From Phoronis australis (lineage: Eukaryota > Animalia > Phoronida), in the NCBI GenBank assembly GCA_002633005.1, contig NMRA01000479.1, positions 255,690 through 319,689 of the forward strand: a stretch of 64,000 nucleotides of DNA. The letters are read 5' to 3'. The position numbers were made by a program, and so were the translations under genes. The notes beneath the pieces are model-generated. The model searched no databases. It was not told the origin of the DNA and saw only the letters and a program-made list of their open reading frames with translations. Each line of letters starts with the position of its first letter. Within the stretch, counting starts at the first letter, position 1. Of the stretch, positions 54,001-64,000 are shown in pieces.

Positions 54001-54565
54001 TCCAATTCATCACGAGTTATTGAACAAGTGTGTCACAATTATCCTTATTAGTTTATCATAAAATTCATGCCATTTTACAACACAAGAAGTACTTACTTGC
54101 AACATTTTTAACAAAATAGGGATATACTACTCAACTACATTTGTTACCTTGACCCTTACATCATGTTGGTTCTTATACCACTGGTAATGAGGAGTGTACC
54201 TCGAATAAAGTTAGGAAAATAAAGTTGTGTATTATTTGTCTATTTATTAAATGTTTCACTGTTTCTGCTGAGCAGGTCGTTTAGACTTGTAAAACTGATT
54301 TGAAGGCCAACCGATAAGTAAATATCTAAGAAGCAAAAAATATAAAAACAAACTTTGATTTTTGCTGAGCACTCTTTTTAATATATCGATTAGGGCGTGG
54401 GGATTCTTCAGCCATGTCTCCATCTTGGGCATCTGTCAGTGTTTCCATGTCACCATGCTTATAACTCATTACCAATGGTGTTGAGCCTCGCCAACTTTGA
54501 GTGGCTTTCTCCAAGAAATGCTTCGTCATGAGTTCCAGCATTGTGCGCAGAGGATCTGCTAGATC
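23729..54565 (-). CDS. MINDY4: Probable ubiquitin carboxyl-terminal hydrolase MINDY-4 (FAM188B); 15 exons found, 5' exons not in window
   Basis: 2184 nt in frame across GT-AG exons; motifs [59 protein letters not shown], and end WNGTDPLL* match the MINDY4 family; N-terminal [14 protein letters not shown] also matches. Confidence 0.95.
24143..24218 (-). CDS. MINDY4: MINDY4 exon ([26 protein letters not shown])
   Basis: ttcag / gtaagt, phases 1->2. Confidence 0.93.
24497..24940. repeat. 31-bp minisatellite x~14
   Basis: aattttgttgaatgcttacttgtcaaattgt. Confidence 0.97.
25538..25612 (-). pseudogene. tRNA-like sequence (tRNA pseudogene or part of a repeat)
   Basis: A-box TGGCTCAGTGG, stem TCTGC/GCAGA with 7-nt loop, T-arm CCGGG-TTGGAGT-CCTGG; imperfect acceptor stem, no U33. 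Confidence 0.6.
25771..25951 (-). CDS. MINDY4: MINDY4 exon (catalytic His; [22 protein letters not shown]...IRLSI)
   Basis: cgcag / gtaaaa, phases 0->1. Confidence 0.95.
26085..26252. repeat. 59-bp tandem repeat x~2.8
   Basis: tgggcacgttatatcagactattgcctaatgaacac... Confidence 0.9.
26673..26837 (-). CDS. MINDY4: MINDY4 exon ([17 protein letters not shown]...LFEHYKSCQ)
   Basis: ggtag / gtaatg, 165 nt, phase 0. Confidence 0.93.
27273..27407. repeat. Near-perfect 135-bp palindrome (foldback)
   Basis: 67-bp arms around a single A at 27340, ~4 mismatches. Confidence 0.95.
27470..27700. repeat. ~43-bp tandem repeat x~5
   Basis: gttattgcactcagtcgta...tatgataacaca. Confidence 0.9.
28058..30347. 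mobile_element. Tc1/mariner Tc2-like MITE (CCGTA ends, TA TSD)
   Basis: TA|CCGTATTCACCCTAATAAC ... GTTATTAGAGTGAATACGG|TA; inverted sister copy at 55761-57195. Confidence 0.85.
28352..29151 (+). mobile_element. Solo LTR (800 bp) nested in the Tc2-like MITE
   Basis: TGT...ACA with 4-bp TSD CTTG; absent at the homologous site of the sister copy (~56910). Confidence 0.82.
31826..31889 (-). CDS. MINDY4: MINDY4 exon ([22 protein letters not shown])
   Basis: tttcag / gtaaga, phases 2->0. Confidence 0.93.
31977..32311. mobile_element. Small TTAA-flanked MITE (Kolobok-type)
   Basis: TTAA|AGCTGTA...TACTGCT|TTAA with ~70-bp imperfect TIRs; a related end occurs at ~15330. Confidence 0.65.
33020..33360. 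repeat. Foldback element with long imperfect inverted arms
   Basis: aaatcagcgcatatgt / acatatgcgctgattt and gtttattgtctct / agagacaataaac pairs. Confidence 0.7.
33891..34590. mobile_element. Kolobok-like remnant: frameshifted THAP domain (+) facing an acidic YQFEQ ORF (-)
   Basis: [11 protein letters not shown]...GISFF/RLP...RKW (frameshift in a T8 run); minus ORF 34148-34336 ends [12 protein letters not shown]; right end ggggagtct|ttaa. Confidence 0.62.
34807..34961. repeat. GC-rich 68-bp tandem repeat x~2.3
   Basis: ccgagccactggccggcgggat...cctgatcgggct. Confidence 0.9.
35760..35876. repeat. 39-bp tandem repeat x3
   Basis: aaattttaaataacgatgttcatataccacttctctatc. Confidence 0.95.
36049..37462 (+). 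mobile_element. Kolobok-type non-autonomous element, both TTAA TSDs intact
   Basis: TTAA|GGATATTTCCAACCTTATT ... AATAAGGTTTGAAATAACC|TTAA. Confidence 0.85.
37704..37950. repeat. 49-bp tandem repeat x5
   Basis: aaggcatacatgttagaatgcataacatataccagacttgctagtgtgt. Confidence 0.95.
38160..38818. mobile_element. Truncated second copy of the hAT-like element at 9144-10056
   Basis: Colinear similarity; ends ctagatccgccactg. Confidence 0.75.
41487..41800. repeat. GA/CA-rich microsatellite (~18-bp agagagacacagccagac)
   Basis: Low-complexity tract that explains several spurious ORFs. Confidence 0.9.
41825..41961 (-). CDS. MINDY4: MINDY4 exon ([13 protein letters not shown]...[16 protein letters not shown])
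   Basis: tttcag / gtaagt, phases 0->2. Confidence 0.92.
43380..44500. mobile_element. Interspersed repeat built from degenerate ~140-bp subunits, each with GCCACTAGRxGGC
   Basis: Motif recurs at ~43421, 43567, 43711, 43850, 43985, 44224; 3' part shared with ~49640-49800. Confidence 0.6.
44658..44721 (-). CDS. MINDY4: MINDY4 exon ([22 protein letters not shown])
   Basis: ttctag / gtaagt, phases 2->0. Confidence 0.9.
44776..45987. mobile_element. Kolobok-like element: THAP domain (+) facing an acidic PYELDP ORF (-)
   Basis: TIR AGA(A/G)TTCCCAC with decayed TTAA flanks; [29 protein letters not shown] broken by a 23-bp repeat; minus strand [13 protein letters not shown]...RPYELDP. Confidence 0.65.
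45092..45192. repeat. 23-bp tandem repeat x4 inside the THAP coding sequence
   Basis: tgcacacaaatggtgtcggtttg. Confidence 0.92.
46106..46204 (-). CDS. MINDY4: MINDY4 exon ([32 protein letters not shown])
   Basis: tttcag / gtacgc, phase 2->2. Confidence 0.92.
46652..46737 (-). CDS. MINDY4: MINDY4 exon (catalytic Cys; [20 protein letters not shown])
   Basis: atcag / gtgagt, phases 0->2. Confidence 0.95.
47198..47314 (-). CDS. MINDY4: MINDY4 exon (ELKTLIFG...EWKNQSF...YGIIQHK)
   Basis: ctccag / gtgaga, 117 nt, phase 0. Confidence 0.95.
47860..48031 (-). CDS. MINDY4: MINDY4 exon (SETVTTAAC...DVDDLD...RPIDIHTAV)
   Basis: cttcag / gtaagc, phases 2->0. Confidence 0.85.
48130..49850. mobile_element. 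Interspersed repeat related to 43380-44500, containing a 43-bp tandem array
   Basis: Recurrent aaaatggccactaggaggtgc subunits; 43-bp unit x6 at 49055-49318. Confidence 0.6.
49952..50445 (-). CDS. MINDY4: MINDY4 exon (Ser/Arg-rich disordered linker)
   Basis: tacag / gtaaaa, 494 nt open, phases 0->2. Confidence 0.82.
51283..51506 (-). CDS. MINDY4: MINDY4 exon (AKEPTPPP...[13 protein letters not shown])
   Basis: tttcag / gtaagt, phases 1->0; GMxGPI motif resembles the MINDY4 N-terminal region. Confidence 0.85.
51715..53154 (+). mobile_element. Third copy of the Kolobok-type non-autonomous family
   Basis: TTAA|GGATATCTCAAAC ... AATAAGGTTTGAGACAAC; colinear with 36049-37462. Confidence 0.82.
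53807..53850 (-). CDS. MINDY4: MINDY4 small exon ([14 protein letters not shown])
   Basis: tatag / gtacat; supplies the phase 2->1 link needed between its neighbours. Confidence 0.65.
54354..54565 (-). CDS. MINDY4: MINDY4 most 5' exon found ([20 protein letters not shown]...)
   Basis: tgtag acceptor; resembles the conserved PLKTxLELITxYFL segment; donor gtttgt is less certain. Confidence 0.8.
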
Positions 54566-55760
54566 CTACAAATATAATGTTCACACATTACAACAAAGAT
54601 ATACGCAAGGATTTGAGCAAAATTCTAATGTCTTCCACACAAAAGTACCACATTTTAATTTGCAACATCTTAATCATAAAGTCCCAACCTGTGTCAATTA
54701 ATGTAACACAAAAAAGACGTGACCTTACGAACAGTACAAGACAAAAGAAATCAGGTAAAATACCGTTTTGCCCCATCATGAGGGCTAGTTCTGTTAACAG
54801 CAAAACTTAGTGCTAATAACTATTAGGGCAGCAAACTTCTAATTATATAATGTCTTAGCACACTTACTAAGTTTCTTGTTGATTCCCCTTCATTTACAGT
54901 GACGATGTAAAACTACTCTGATAATGAATCTGGCTTCCCTTCAGCCGTCATGACAGGAAATTTCAAGTCTTTTTGTCTGAATACTTTTGGTAAGCAATAA
55001 GTTAAAACCACTGCATCGAATAGTATGGGTCTGCTTTTTAGTCCTTTAATTAATTGTAAAAATGAGGACAATTGCCCTCATTAACATTCCACAAGAAAAT
55101 GACGACAATTGCCCTGCTAAATATTTCATAAGAAAATTGCAACCCTGTGAACAAGCCACATGGAAAAGAAACTTTCTGCCAGAACAGGCAAAGCACTAAC
55201 ACTTCCTTTCATAGACTTTGGCTAGTTTTTAAAACAGAAAACATGCAAAAAGTATTCAGACAAAATGATCCAGAATTCTCTATCATAACAGCAGAAGTTG
55301 AATCCATCATCAAGAGTACGCTGTTGCAACCATTCAATGACTTGTCGCAGACATTGTTGATAAAAAACGACGAAATCAATTCCAAGACAATATAAATCGA
55401 TTCTGTGATCTCTCTAAAAACTGAAAATTCATGAGAATGAGGCAATGTCTCCTCAGCTAAACTAAGTGCAAATAATTGTCTAGTCTTGCTACACAGTGAC
55501 TTAAAAAATCACATAGTTACTGTTACTGCAGGCTGTCACGTTATGTTATTCTGATTTACTCGTACGGATACGCGAGTTTCCCGCCTTGTAAGTAGACTTG
55601 TAACTGTGTAGCTCTTGCGCAAGATGTCGCTTTCTCTATTTATTCTCGTGCCGCCTTTTTTCGAATGTAATTCCACAAAATTTTATGGAGGAGAATGTAC
55701 ATATAGTTATTCAAAGAAATTTTGGTTGGTGTAAGTACTCGCGTTTCTTGATATAAACTA

Positions 55761-57195
55761 CCATATTCGCCCTAATAAGCGCCCATGCCCCTAATATGCA
55801 CCCCCCACGCGTTTTCAGACTTTGCTAAAATAAGCACCCAGTCCATGAATGCCGTGTACATGCGAAAAATACCTTATCTACAGTTCTAAAATTCTACAGT
55901 AACGCCATCAATTTATCAACAAGATCCAACAGTCCTGAAAAAATCATTGTGCGCGGAATTTGTAAACCACGAGCCTCATCCCTACGTCAGTATTTAGCCG
56001 TGACTATACACTTCAAACCTCTGCCGTGTTTCAAACAAGTGGTGCTGATCTTGCGAGGGACGTGTCCTATTATTGTCTAGCCTTTCAGAACAGATGCAGC
56101 GTACTTGTCAAAGGGATTGTATTGCATTTAAGTTTCCCGTACACATCTTCTCCCTCAACAGGAATCCAAATTTCTTTGTACATGTGAAAACGAGAAAGAC
56201 TAATAATAACTTGACCTTTGTTAAAAGCACATGGGTCAGGAAGCGCGCGCTACATTCAAGTACCTGTGATCGAAGATAAGTCTTCAGGAACTATCCATTC
56301 ATGAAACAGGTAGCATAGGCAAGAAATGAATACTGGCACTTATATCCGAATGTTTCTGATACCGTAAAAAGCGTTTTTTCGGATGAATTATTGAATTAAT
56401 CGTAATTGGAGTTTTTAAAGTAAAAATGAGCCACTGATAGTGAACACTTCCGCACCCTAACACCCCCGAATCTCCCGAGAAATAACTGTTGGACTGACGC
56501 GCATCCAGTCAACCAACGACTCAATGACATCGGCCTTACCGAGACAGTCTCGAACATTTTTTAGCATATGAGATCAACAAGTGCTTTACTGATTGTGTTA
56601 ATTTCTTTAGTTACAATGCACACATAGATCGTTACATTGCATTTACTCTGGCAAATTAATTCTGATGACACGCACATGCTCACTCATTCACATACGCAGA
56701 CGAACAAATATCACCTAACAACATGTGTGTTTGTCCAGATTTTTCTGGTGTTGCGGAGTACGATCTAGTGCGGATTTGGACTTAATATGCAGTTAATCCT
56801 GACTCCACAGGAACTTGAAAATCTTAGGGACGCTATTTTGAAAACTTACGGAGGACTTCAGATAATATTTGTTGAGTCGAAACTATATTTTTACTCAAGA
56901 ATTCAAGTTGACCTATCGGCAATCGCGTGGTAGCGACGCATCAGTCAGCAAGTTTTCGCACTGGGCTTTTCTGAAAAATGATCATAATTTAACAACAAAG
57001 TTTGATAGCAAAGCAATGCAATTTTGTAGAAACTCTGTCATAGGTTACAGATGCGTCAGACCATAAATTTGATGAATTCTAGCTTACTATTTCACCTGTT
57101 TCGGAGACCGGGCTTCAACCACTTTGGGCTATAATTAGCGCCCCCCCTTCCTGAATTTTTCTAAGCGCCCTAAGCGCTTATCAGGGTTAATACGG
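55761..57195. mobile_element. Tc2-like MITE, copy without the LTR insertion
   Basis: TA|CCATATTCGCCCTAATAAG ... CAGGGTTAATACGG|TA; reverse complement of 28058-30347 minus the LTR. Confidence 0.82.
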
Positions 57196-58762
57196 TAGTT
57201 TATTTGCATTCATTATTATTAGTTTTCCCCCATTCTGTCAGGTGTATTTAACATTTTGAACGCTTGCTATTAAGGTATGCCCTTAGTGCCCAATGTCATT
57301 TTTACTTGGCGGAATTCTGGGAATTCTGTCAAGTATGTTGGTCTGACACCAAGTTTTTTTGTTCGCTCTCTACAGGTCGCAATTTTCGTCTGATTTTCAC
57401 AAAATTTGTACACAACGTGTAGATTGGAAGTACTGGAACGCTATTGTTTTTGGTCATGATCGGATACAAAATAGCAGACGTGGCGGCCATTTTGTATGCG
57501 ATTTCATAGTCAAATGCTCGTAGAGGCCGCATGTTGCGACGTACAGTGCGGAAAATCGGTACGATTATACTAGTAAGAACACATGTGCTACAATTAAGCA
57601 GAAAATCGTTAACGTCCGGTTAAAGATGGCGGAAATATGGGAAGTGGCGCATGCGCACCCCGAAATATGACCAAAAACGTTTTCTTCTGTAGAGGGCGTA
57701 TTTGCCAACCTATTTCTTACTGATTTCTGACATCTTCGCTAGTCATGTGAATGTCATTGTGTTGCTCATAATCTCCACTATCATCATCATCATCGTCGTC
57801 ATCTCCATCGTCGTCTCTTCGGTTAACTTTGCCAAGTGTCGCTCCTCCGAGTGCTGTCGCACTGTTGTCAGTTTACCGGCTATTAAACAAGACTGCAACC
57901 TATTTCTTACTGAATTCTTTGCTAGTCACACGAATGTTATCGTGTTGTTCATAATCTCCGCCTTCATCGTCATGATCGTCGTCGTCGTCCTCCCATCGTC
58001 CTGTTTTCGCGTAATCTCGCCAAGTGTCACTCCTCTGAGCGCTCTCGTCTTGGGTGTTGTCCGGAGAATTGAATTGTTATATACATGTATATAGATTATG
58101 TAACATGTAAATTTGAAATTTGAATATTTACATTAATTTTATTAACATATTTGCAAAACACTTGACAAGTTATACAAAACACAATACAGGGACAAAGACT
58201 GGGATGACCGCCGTCATTTAAAGCTTGCGGTCGAGTCGTTGACATCACCTAGTTGCTCACACGTGGTCCACAGCTTCCCAATAAATATTACAGAGTTCCA
58301 TGCACATTATGGCAGATGATAGCTGCCTCCACAGTTAAATGCGCTCACCACAACAACAAAACACTTGCTCAATAGCTTGACGACATATAAACAGTCATTA
58401 GAATGTTCAGCACCAGTGTCTAACTAACAGTTTATCTGTGTTATATATAACAATCTCCACTCACGTCCACACGTAGTCACGGACCAACTTGAAGTGTCCG
58501 GCAACAACTGAACACAGGGTAAAACCCAAACTGACCCCTAACAGGAATAGATTAGGTGCATCCACAATGCAATAACACACATTATTAACATGTCCAGCGT
58601 CCGACCTTAAGAAAACACCCCAGTAGCAATTGGCGAGTTGGGTAAAGTCTCAGCTCCCCATTTCGGATTTGAGGTTGCAAAATGTATAGCACCGCAAACG
58701 TCTGACACGTGTTGCTTGCAGTTCAGCCCATTGTTGTGATGCTTACCCTGCTGCTTGGCGGC

Positions 58763-58828
58763 GGACCAGGTCTAGTAGGTAAGGACCAGGTCTAGTAGGT
58801 GAGGACCAGGTCTAGTAGGTCAGGACCA
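58763..58828. repeat. 21-bp tandem repeat x3
   Basis: ggaccaggtctagtaggtna. Confidence 0.85.
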
Positions 58829-61201
58829 AAAAATGGCAAAGAAATATAACTGTTACAGTGAGAAATTGAGGATTTTTACTGTAGTACAATTACTTTTAAG
58901 TAATATTAAAATATTATGTTATAGTAGAAAGGAAGCATGAAAGGAATCCTCAATTCAACAACTTTGTAATGAAGTGCTTTTTTCAGAATTGCCTCAGTTC
59001 CCTCAGATGCAGTGTTACAATTCATCGTTTAGTCTATGCAACACAGGCCCTATTTTAATCGTCTGATCATGAATACAACAGCTACGATCTCGGTGACAAG
59101 CTTAAAGTCCTTATTGCAAACTGCCCATGTGGTTCCAGTATCCGAAAATACCACATAAATTCTTATTTTTGACACCCTTTCTTTATATTCTTTTCGCCTT
59201 TCTTGCCAAAAGCGATTTTTAACAGTATTTGACCCTTCTCTCTGAGCGTATGATTACCGGTTGTCATCGGTTATTTCCGTACCCACATTTCCGGCTCATC
59301 AGTTCAGGAACTTGTCCTGAACGCCGCCATTTTTGCCTTGTAACTGAATGTGCTATGGCTTGCTCGAAAAGTCTTCATTATTTTGTTTTATTAGTAATAT
59401 CTCGTGATTCGTTTGCATATGTAGTGTATTTATTGTTTGTAGTTAGTGGTTGTTGAATTTTTTTGGAATGTTACGCGTACTTAGTATGTTAAAATAGCAT
59501 TGGTGTTTAGTTCCTTACGTAGGCCGGTCGCACCTAGGAACCAATATGGGTCGAACCAATTTTTTGCGGCTTTATTTTCTTTCTCATTTTGAAAATGTAC
59601 TTTGCTATAATCGGAAAGGTAGTACATTCTACTCTGTAAAAATCGAAAAAGTATCAAAATCGGGGCAAGCACTGTAAAGTTATTGCATGTTTTGTGGCGA
59701 AATTTGGGTCACTTTGTTTGGATCGCGTCGGCCATATTGGAGGACAGCGGGATGAGTTACGAGTTTAAAACTTTGTGTAAATTGTTTTCGCCAACAAATT
59801 GCGGTGAAATTTAGTTAGACATATCTTTACTTACTATTCTGCACGATTTAGCAGTGTTCACCAAATTTCATCCTCGCAGTTGTTATTCATTAAGTGATAA
59901 ATGTGCTCACAATTCCCGTTGGACTTCGTCTCATTTCTGGCGGCTCCTACAATGTCGACTTTTTCTGAACTGAAAGGCATGTTCAATCGGCTACTTTGTA
60001 ATTTGTGAAGATTTAACGTTGATACATTTTGACAAACGTTGCTACAAAAAAGAAACTTTGTTCAATTTTCGTGTTTTTTGTGTTTGTGGCCAGCGACCAG
60101 TTAGGCCTACGGGTAGTCTTGGCGCAAAGCTGTATAGGCCTACTAACAAGCTGTATTTTGACTGGTAGCTGGTGACTGAGGCTAACTAAGGTCTGCCGTG
60201 GCAGTGTGACACAGGACTAACCAGCCCGTAATTTCATGCAAGTGTCTGAAACTACTCTTGAATATATGCAGCATTTATCATTTGACCATTTTACTTCGAC
60301 AAAACAGCTTGCAATCGCGTGCATTTACCATTCGCCAGTGTCTGGTCTCGATCCGCACCGGTTCCGAGTTTGGCAAAATAATTTCTGTCAAAATTTATTC
60401 GCCACATTTCTTCAGCAAATTCCATAAAATTGTCCGTAGTTTGATTTTATCAAAATTAAGGCGCGTTGTCGATTTTTTTATCCCCGTTTGCTGGCTGGTA
60501 ACAGTACAGGCACTGCTTCAGTCGCACTGACGGCGTTTTCTCAGCCTGGGTTCCTGAATGAATTGTACTTCCCGGTTCGCGGCAAGTTCAAAATGGCGGT
60601 GGTTCTTCGGGTGCGAATCGTGAGTGGCGCGTTCATTTAAACTTTTTTCAAGTACGGATCGTGTATTAGTTATGGGGTAGGTACTTCTTGGATCCTTATA
60701 ACATCTTCTAACCATGTAATAAGGGTTAACAACGCGTGAGAGAAGGACTTTAAATCACAACATACAGAATCCGCTATTGGCATGCTGTTGCCATAGCACG
60801 TCCACTGTACGATACTTACAAATGCGATTGTAATCGTGTCATGCACGTAAATGCGTTTCTGGAAGCACTTATAACGTCTCATGGGGCTGGGGTAGGGGGG
60901 GGCTATAGCCCTCACTTATTGTGTCTACGCTCAATTCAAACACAGAACTGCACTGAGACATACATGCTAACAATCTTTCCTGAAACAGAGATTCACCTGC
61001 CGTCTTGTCACATTGCCACAGACCTATGATCTAAAAGTGATGTTCTAAAAATTTGTAATACTACAGATGTGCTCACTGATGTCCGCGGTAACTTACTAAA
61101 CACCTTGGATTAAAACATTTTCAGTTTCCATGGTACACACGTCCTTTATAAATGCAATTTTTGTTTGAAAGACATTGATAGTGTAATAAAAGTGCAAAAC
61201 A

Positions 61202-61344
61202 CATGGGCGGCGCAGTGCTGAAAAAAGTTGGAGGCTATAGCCCCCCTGCCCCCCTCTGGCGAACCGCCCATAGACTATAGACGGCGTAGTACTTAACAAA
61301 GTGGGGGGCTGTAGCCCCCAGCCCCCTATGGTGCGCCACCCATG
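61202..61344. mobile_element. Short MITE with CATGGG TIRs
   Basis: catgggcggcgca ... tgcgccacccatg. Confidence 0.55.
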
Positions 61345-62487
61345 AAACAGACAGTTGCCGCCCCCCCCCCTTGCATACCAATTGATGCGGAAAATGCATT
61401 TGTCACTCTGGTATATATCTGAGAAATTTTGTCAACTTGCCACAAAACTTAGTAGATCAAAGTACATCTTATTTTTCACATATAACAAGCTTGTTTTGAT
61501 GAAGTTTTCTAAAACAATTATGCAACTCTAGATGCTTTTTTATAAATGCTTATTAAACAAAATACAAATAACAAAATGTGATTGGCACCCTTAGCAAGCC
61601 ATTCGCGCCCACAAACATACCTGTGGTAGGGGTCATTTGCAACTCCAAGTTATGTTAAAATAGGGAGGCCGACATTCATGGAAATACTAAAATTCATTTT
61701 TTTTGTACATTATGCCCTTTTCATTCTGAAATAGTCAAAGACTCCCTTTTTAAAATATTCAGAACTGTAATTCCTACATTTAAGTCCCTGCCAATAGACA
61801 CGATTCTTCCATTGTCAAATTTGCTTGAAGGTTGGACTTCATTATGAAGTTCCGTCGATGCACGGCTATCATGAACTATCAGTCCTTGATTCACATGATA
61901 AAATTGTGTACTGCCGCAGCGTAGCTGGAGGGGGGGGTCCTCTCCAGACCACATCCTGTAAGTGAGGTGGGCGGCAGGGCTACACCCCAATGGGTGAGGG
62001 CAAACCACTGAGGGACAGTGCAGACTGTAGTGAGGGGGCAGAGGTGGCTTGAGGCTGGCGACGAGGGGGGGAGCTGTGGCAATTGAAATTTCTGGTTTCG
62101 GGGGCAACGATATAGCAGCTGTGCCCGTGAGGTCATACTTTGGGTGAATCTTTATGAAAATGTAAACTGTCACTAGTTAGAATTGAAAGTCTAAGGGTTT
62201 TACGACATATGACAAAATAAAGATGAGTTTGTCTGCGAATAAAAACAAACGTGATATGTTTCCAGGCATGTAGGAAGGTAAACACAAATTACTGGGGGGC
62301 ACATATCACTTGCCCTAAGGTTACCACCATTTTCGCCCCACCGCTTTTCTTTCCTTGTTGCAACTGTTTTGTCCCCCCTGGGCACAATCCCCTGGCGGTC
62401 GCCCAAATAGCCTCTACATTTCCCCCTGTAGTCATTATAGACCTAATTCACGCCAACAGGAGACGCGTTCCAAAACTAGGCTCGCTA

Positions 62488-62660
62488 TGATAGCTCTGTT
62501 GGCTTATCCGCAGAGTTGTACTCTGTGTTGCTCAAACGGCTAGAAAAAATACGGACACTCAACTGACTGCTTTACAATCCCTGAGGACGCTGAGATGCGG
62601 AAGCATTGGGTCCTTGCCATACGTCGCGACGAAGGAAAATATGTCCGAGTAAAATTTATA
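62488..62660 (+). pseudogene. THAP-domain remnant (transposon-derived)
   Basis: C..CCSNG*...FTIPEDAEMRKHWVLAIRRDEGK. Confidence 0.6.
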
Positions 62661-64000
62661 ATGTTTTAGAAAAGTTTTGTCACATCTTGGTTGCGGAGCA
62701 TCATAGCAACAACCGGAGAATCTTAGGCCAGGCTGTGTTTTCATGACTACAGGTTGAAATGTGATGCATTTTTCTTTCCAAAAAAGACAGGGCCCTCAAA
62801 CCCTCGATTTTGAGGCCGAGTATCGGCCCTATTCCCGTCTCATAAATATTGGAAAATCATGTGAAATTCTTCGCACAAGGCCTAAAAATTCCCCGGCCCT
62901 AGTGGAAATTTATCTCCGAAGTTCAAATCACCTGTAACCACAGAGGTGACAATTTGAAAAAGCACAAAATGCTACTTGAGACAGAGCCTATGAGAGCTTG
63001 CAACAGGGCGGGGGTGCTATTGATGGTGACCAGGAGGTAGATTTTTCACCTCACATGGCGAAAAATTACCCTCTTAGAAGGCACAGGCACCTTTCCCCTC
63101 AGATATGAAAAAGGCCCCTGAAGAAACATGATAACTATGGTTGTTCCAGGGGGATCCTGGATTTTGAGTTACGGGGATTCAGGGCAGTGAATTAGCCAGG
63201 TTTTTGCCTGTCAGACATTCGCGCCTTTGAACTGCCAAATGGAATCTGGGAGAATTTTTGGGGGGGCCATGACCCCCTTGACCCCCCCCCTTTAAATCCG
63301 CCACTGTGTTCTGTCCAGTTAACTGAAATTGAGCTCTAAAACGAGGTTATGTTTGAACAAAAGAATTACTATATAATAACAGTTTTAATTTCAAAATTCA
63401 ACTTGGTCCAGATTGATATTTGAAAAATATAACTCATGAAATAGAAGTAATTATTAAAACCAATGAAGAAAGCAGAAATGAAGGTCAAATAATTTTTATT
63501 TTCAATCATGAGCCTGGTTTTTTATCTTAATAAAAATATGTATTTAAAAACATCAAATATTCTTTCAGATCAATGACAAATCAACTGTTAAAGTCCCGGG
63601 AGTGCCTACCTCACCAGGACCTATGCTTGAAGCTAATATTCTTGATCAAACTAATTGCACATGACAGCAAAATGCGATGAGCCATCACTGTCGAATATAT
63701 CTTCAACTCGTCAACAATACGAGCAGATGACCTGATTCATGTAGAAAGTATTTTATCAAGAATTTACAAGACGAAACATAACCTTGCATTCAGCCTAATA
63801 CCTAGTCCGTAACACTACGATTGCTGCATTTTGGTCATATTTACGTTTCATGTTTCGAACCTAGTTTTCCGAAAAAAAATTATACCCTTTTGTCAGACAA
63901 CTCTTTGGTGCATTGACATGTTCTCTAAAGTATTTTTCTACCTCTTTGTGGTTAATCATTAACACATTTTTAAGATTTAATATCCAGGTTGGACTCGAAA

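Noticed and set aside
54857-54976. Candidate MINDY4 exon 2 with good splice sites
   Set aside because: Stops in all three frames and no similarity to the expected sequence
57702-58094. 130-aa hydrophobic ORF resembling a membrane protein
   Set aside because: Made of (ATC/GTC)n tracts and a ~190-bp local duplication; no splice or homology support

Overview
Eukaryotic (marine-invertebrate-like, AT-rich, intron-rich) genomic DNA, so the ORF track is mostly noise. Two spliced protein-coding genes could be rebuilt by hand with GT-AG boundaries and consistent phases, and they lie tail-to-tail. (1) A 4-exon secreted group-I-like phospholipase A2 on + (13691-21659, 166 aa). (2) The deubiquitinase MINDY4/FAM188B on - (15 exons found, 54565->23729, 727 aa; the first ~60 aa were not found and probably lie beyond the window). 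The rest is a dense transposon landscape: an internally deleted Gypsy/Ty3 LTR element with a nested solo LTR and a minisatellite, an AcademX-like (XPG nuclease) remnant in the PLA2 intron, TTAA-flanked Kolobok-type elements (some with THAP remnants), Tc2-like MITEs, a three-level nested insertion, Helentron-type elements, tRNA-derived repeats, foldbacks and many tandem repeats. No CRISPR, rRNA or intact tRNA was seen. I found no convincing wholly new biological system. The best leads are the atypical PLA2, the repeated THAP / YxFEP-like convergent gene pair, and repeat-borne CTCF-like motif arrays.
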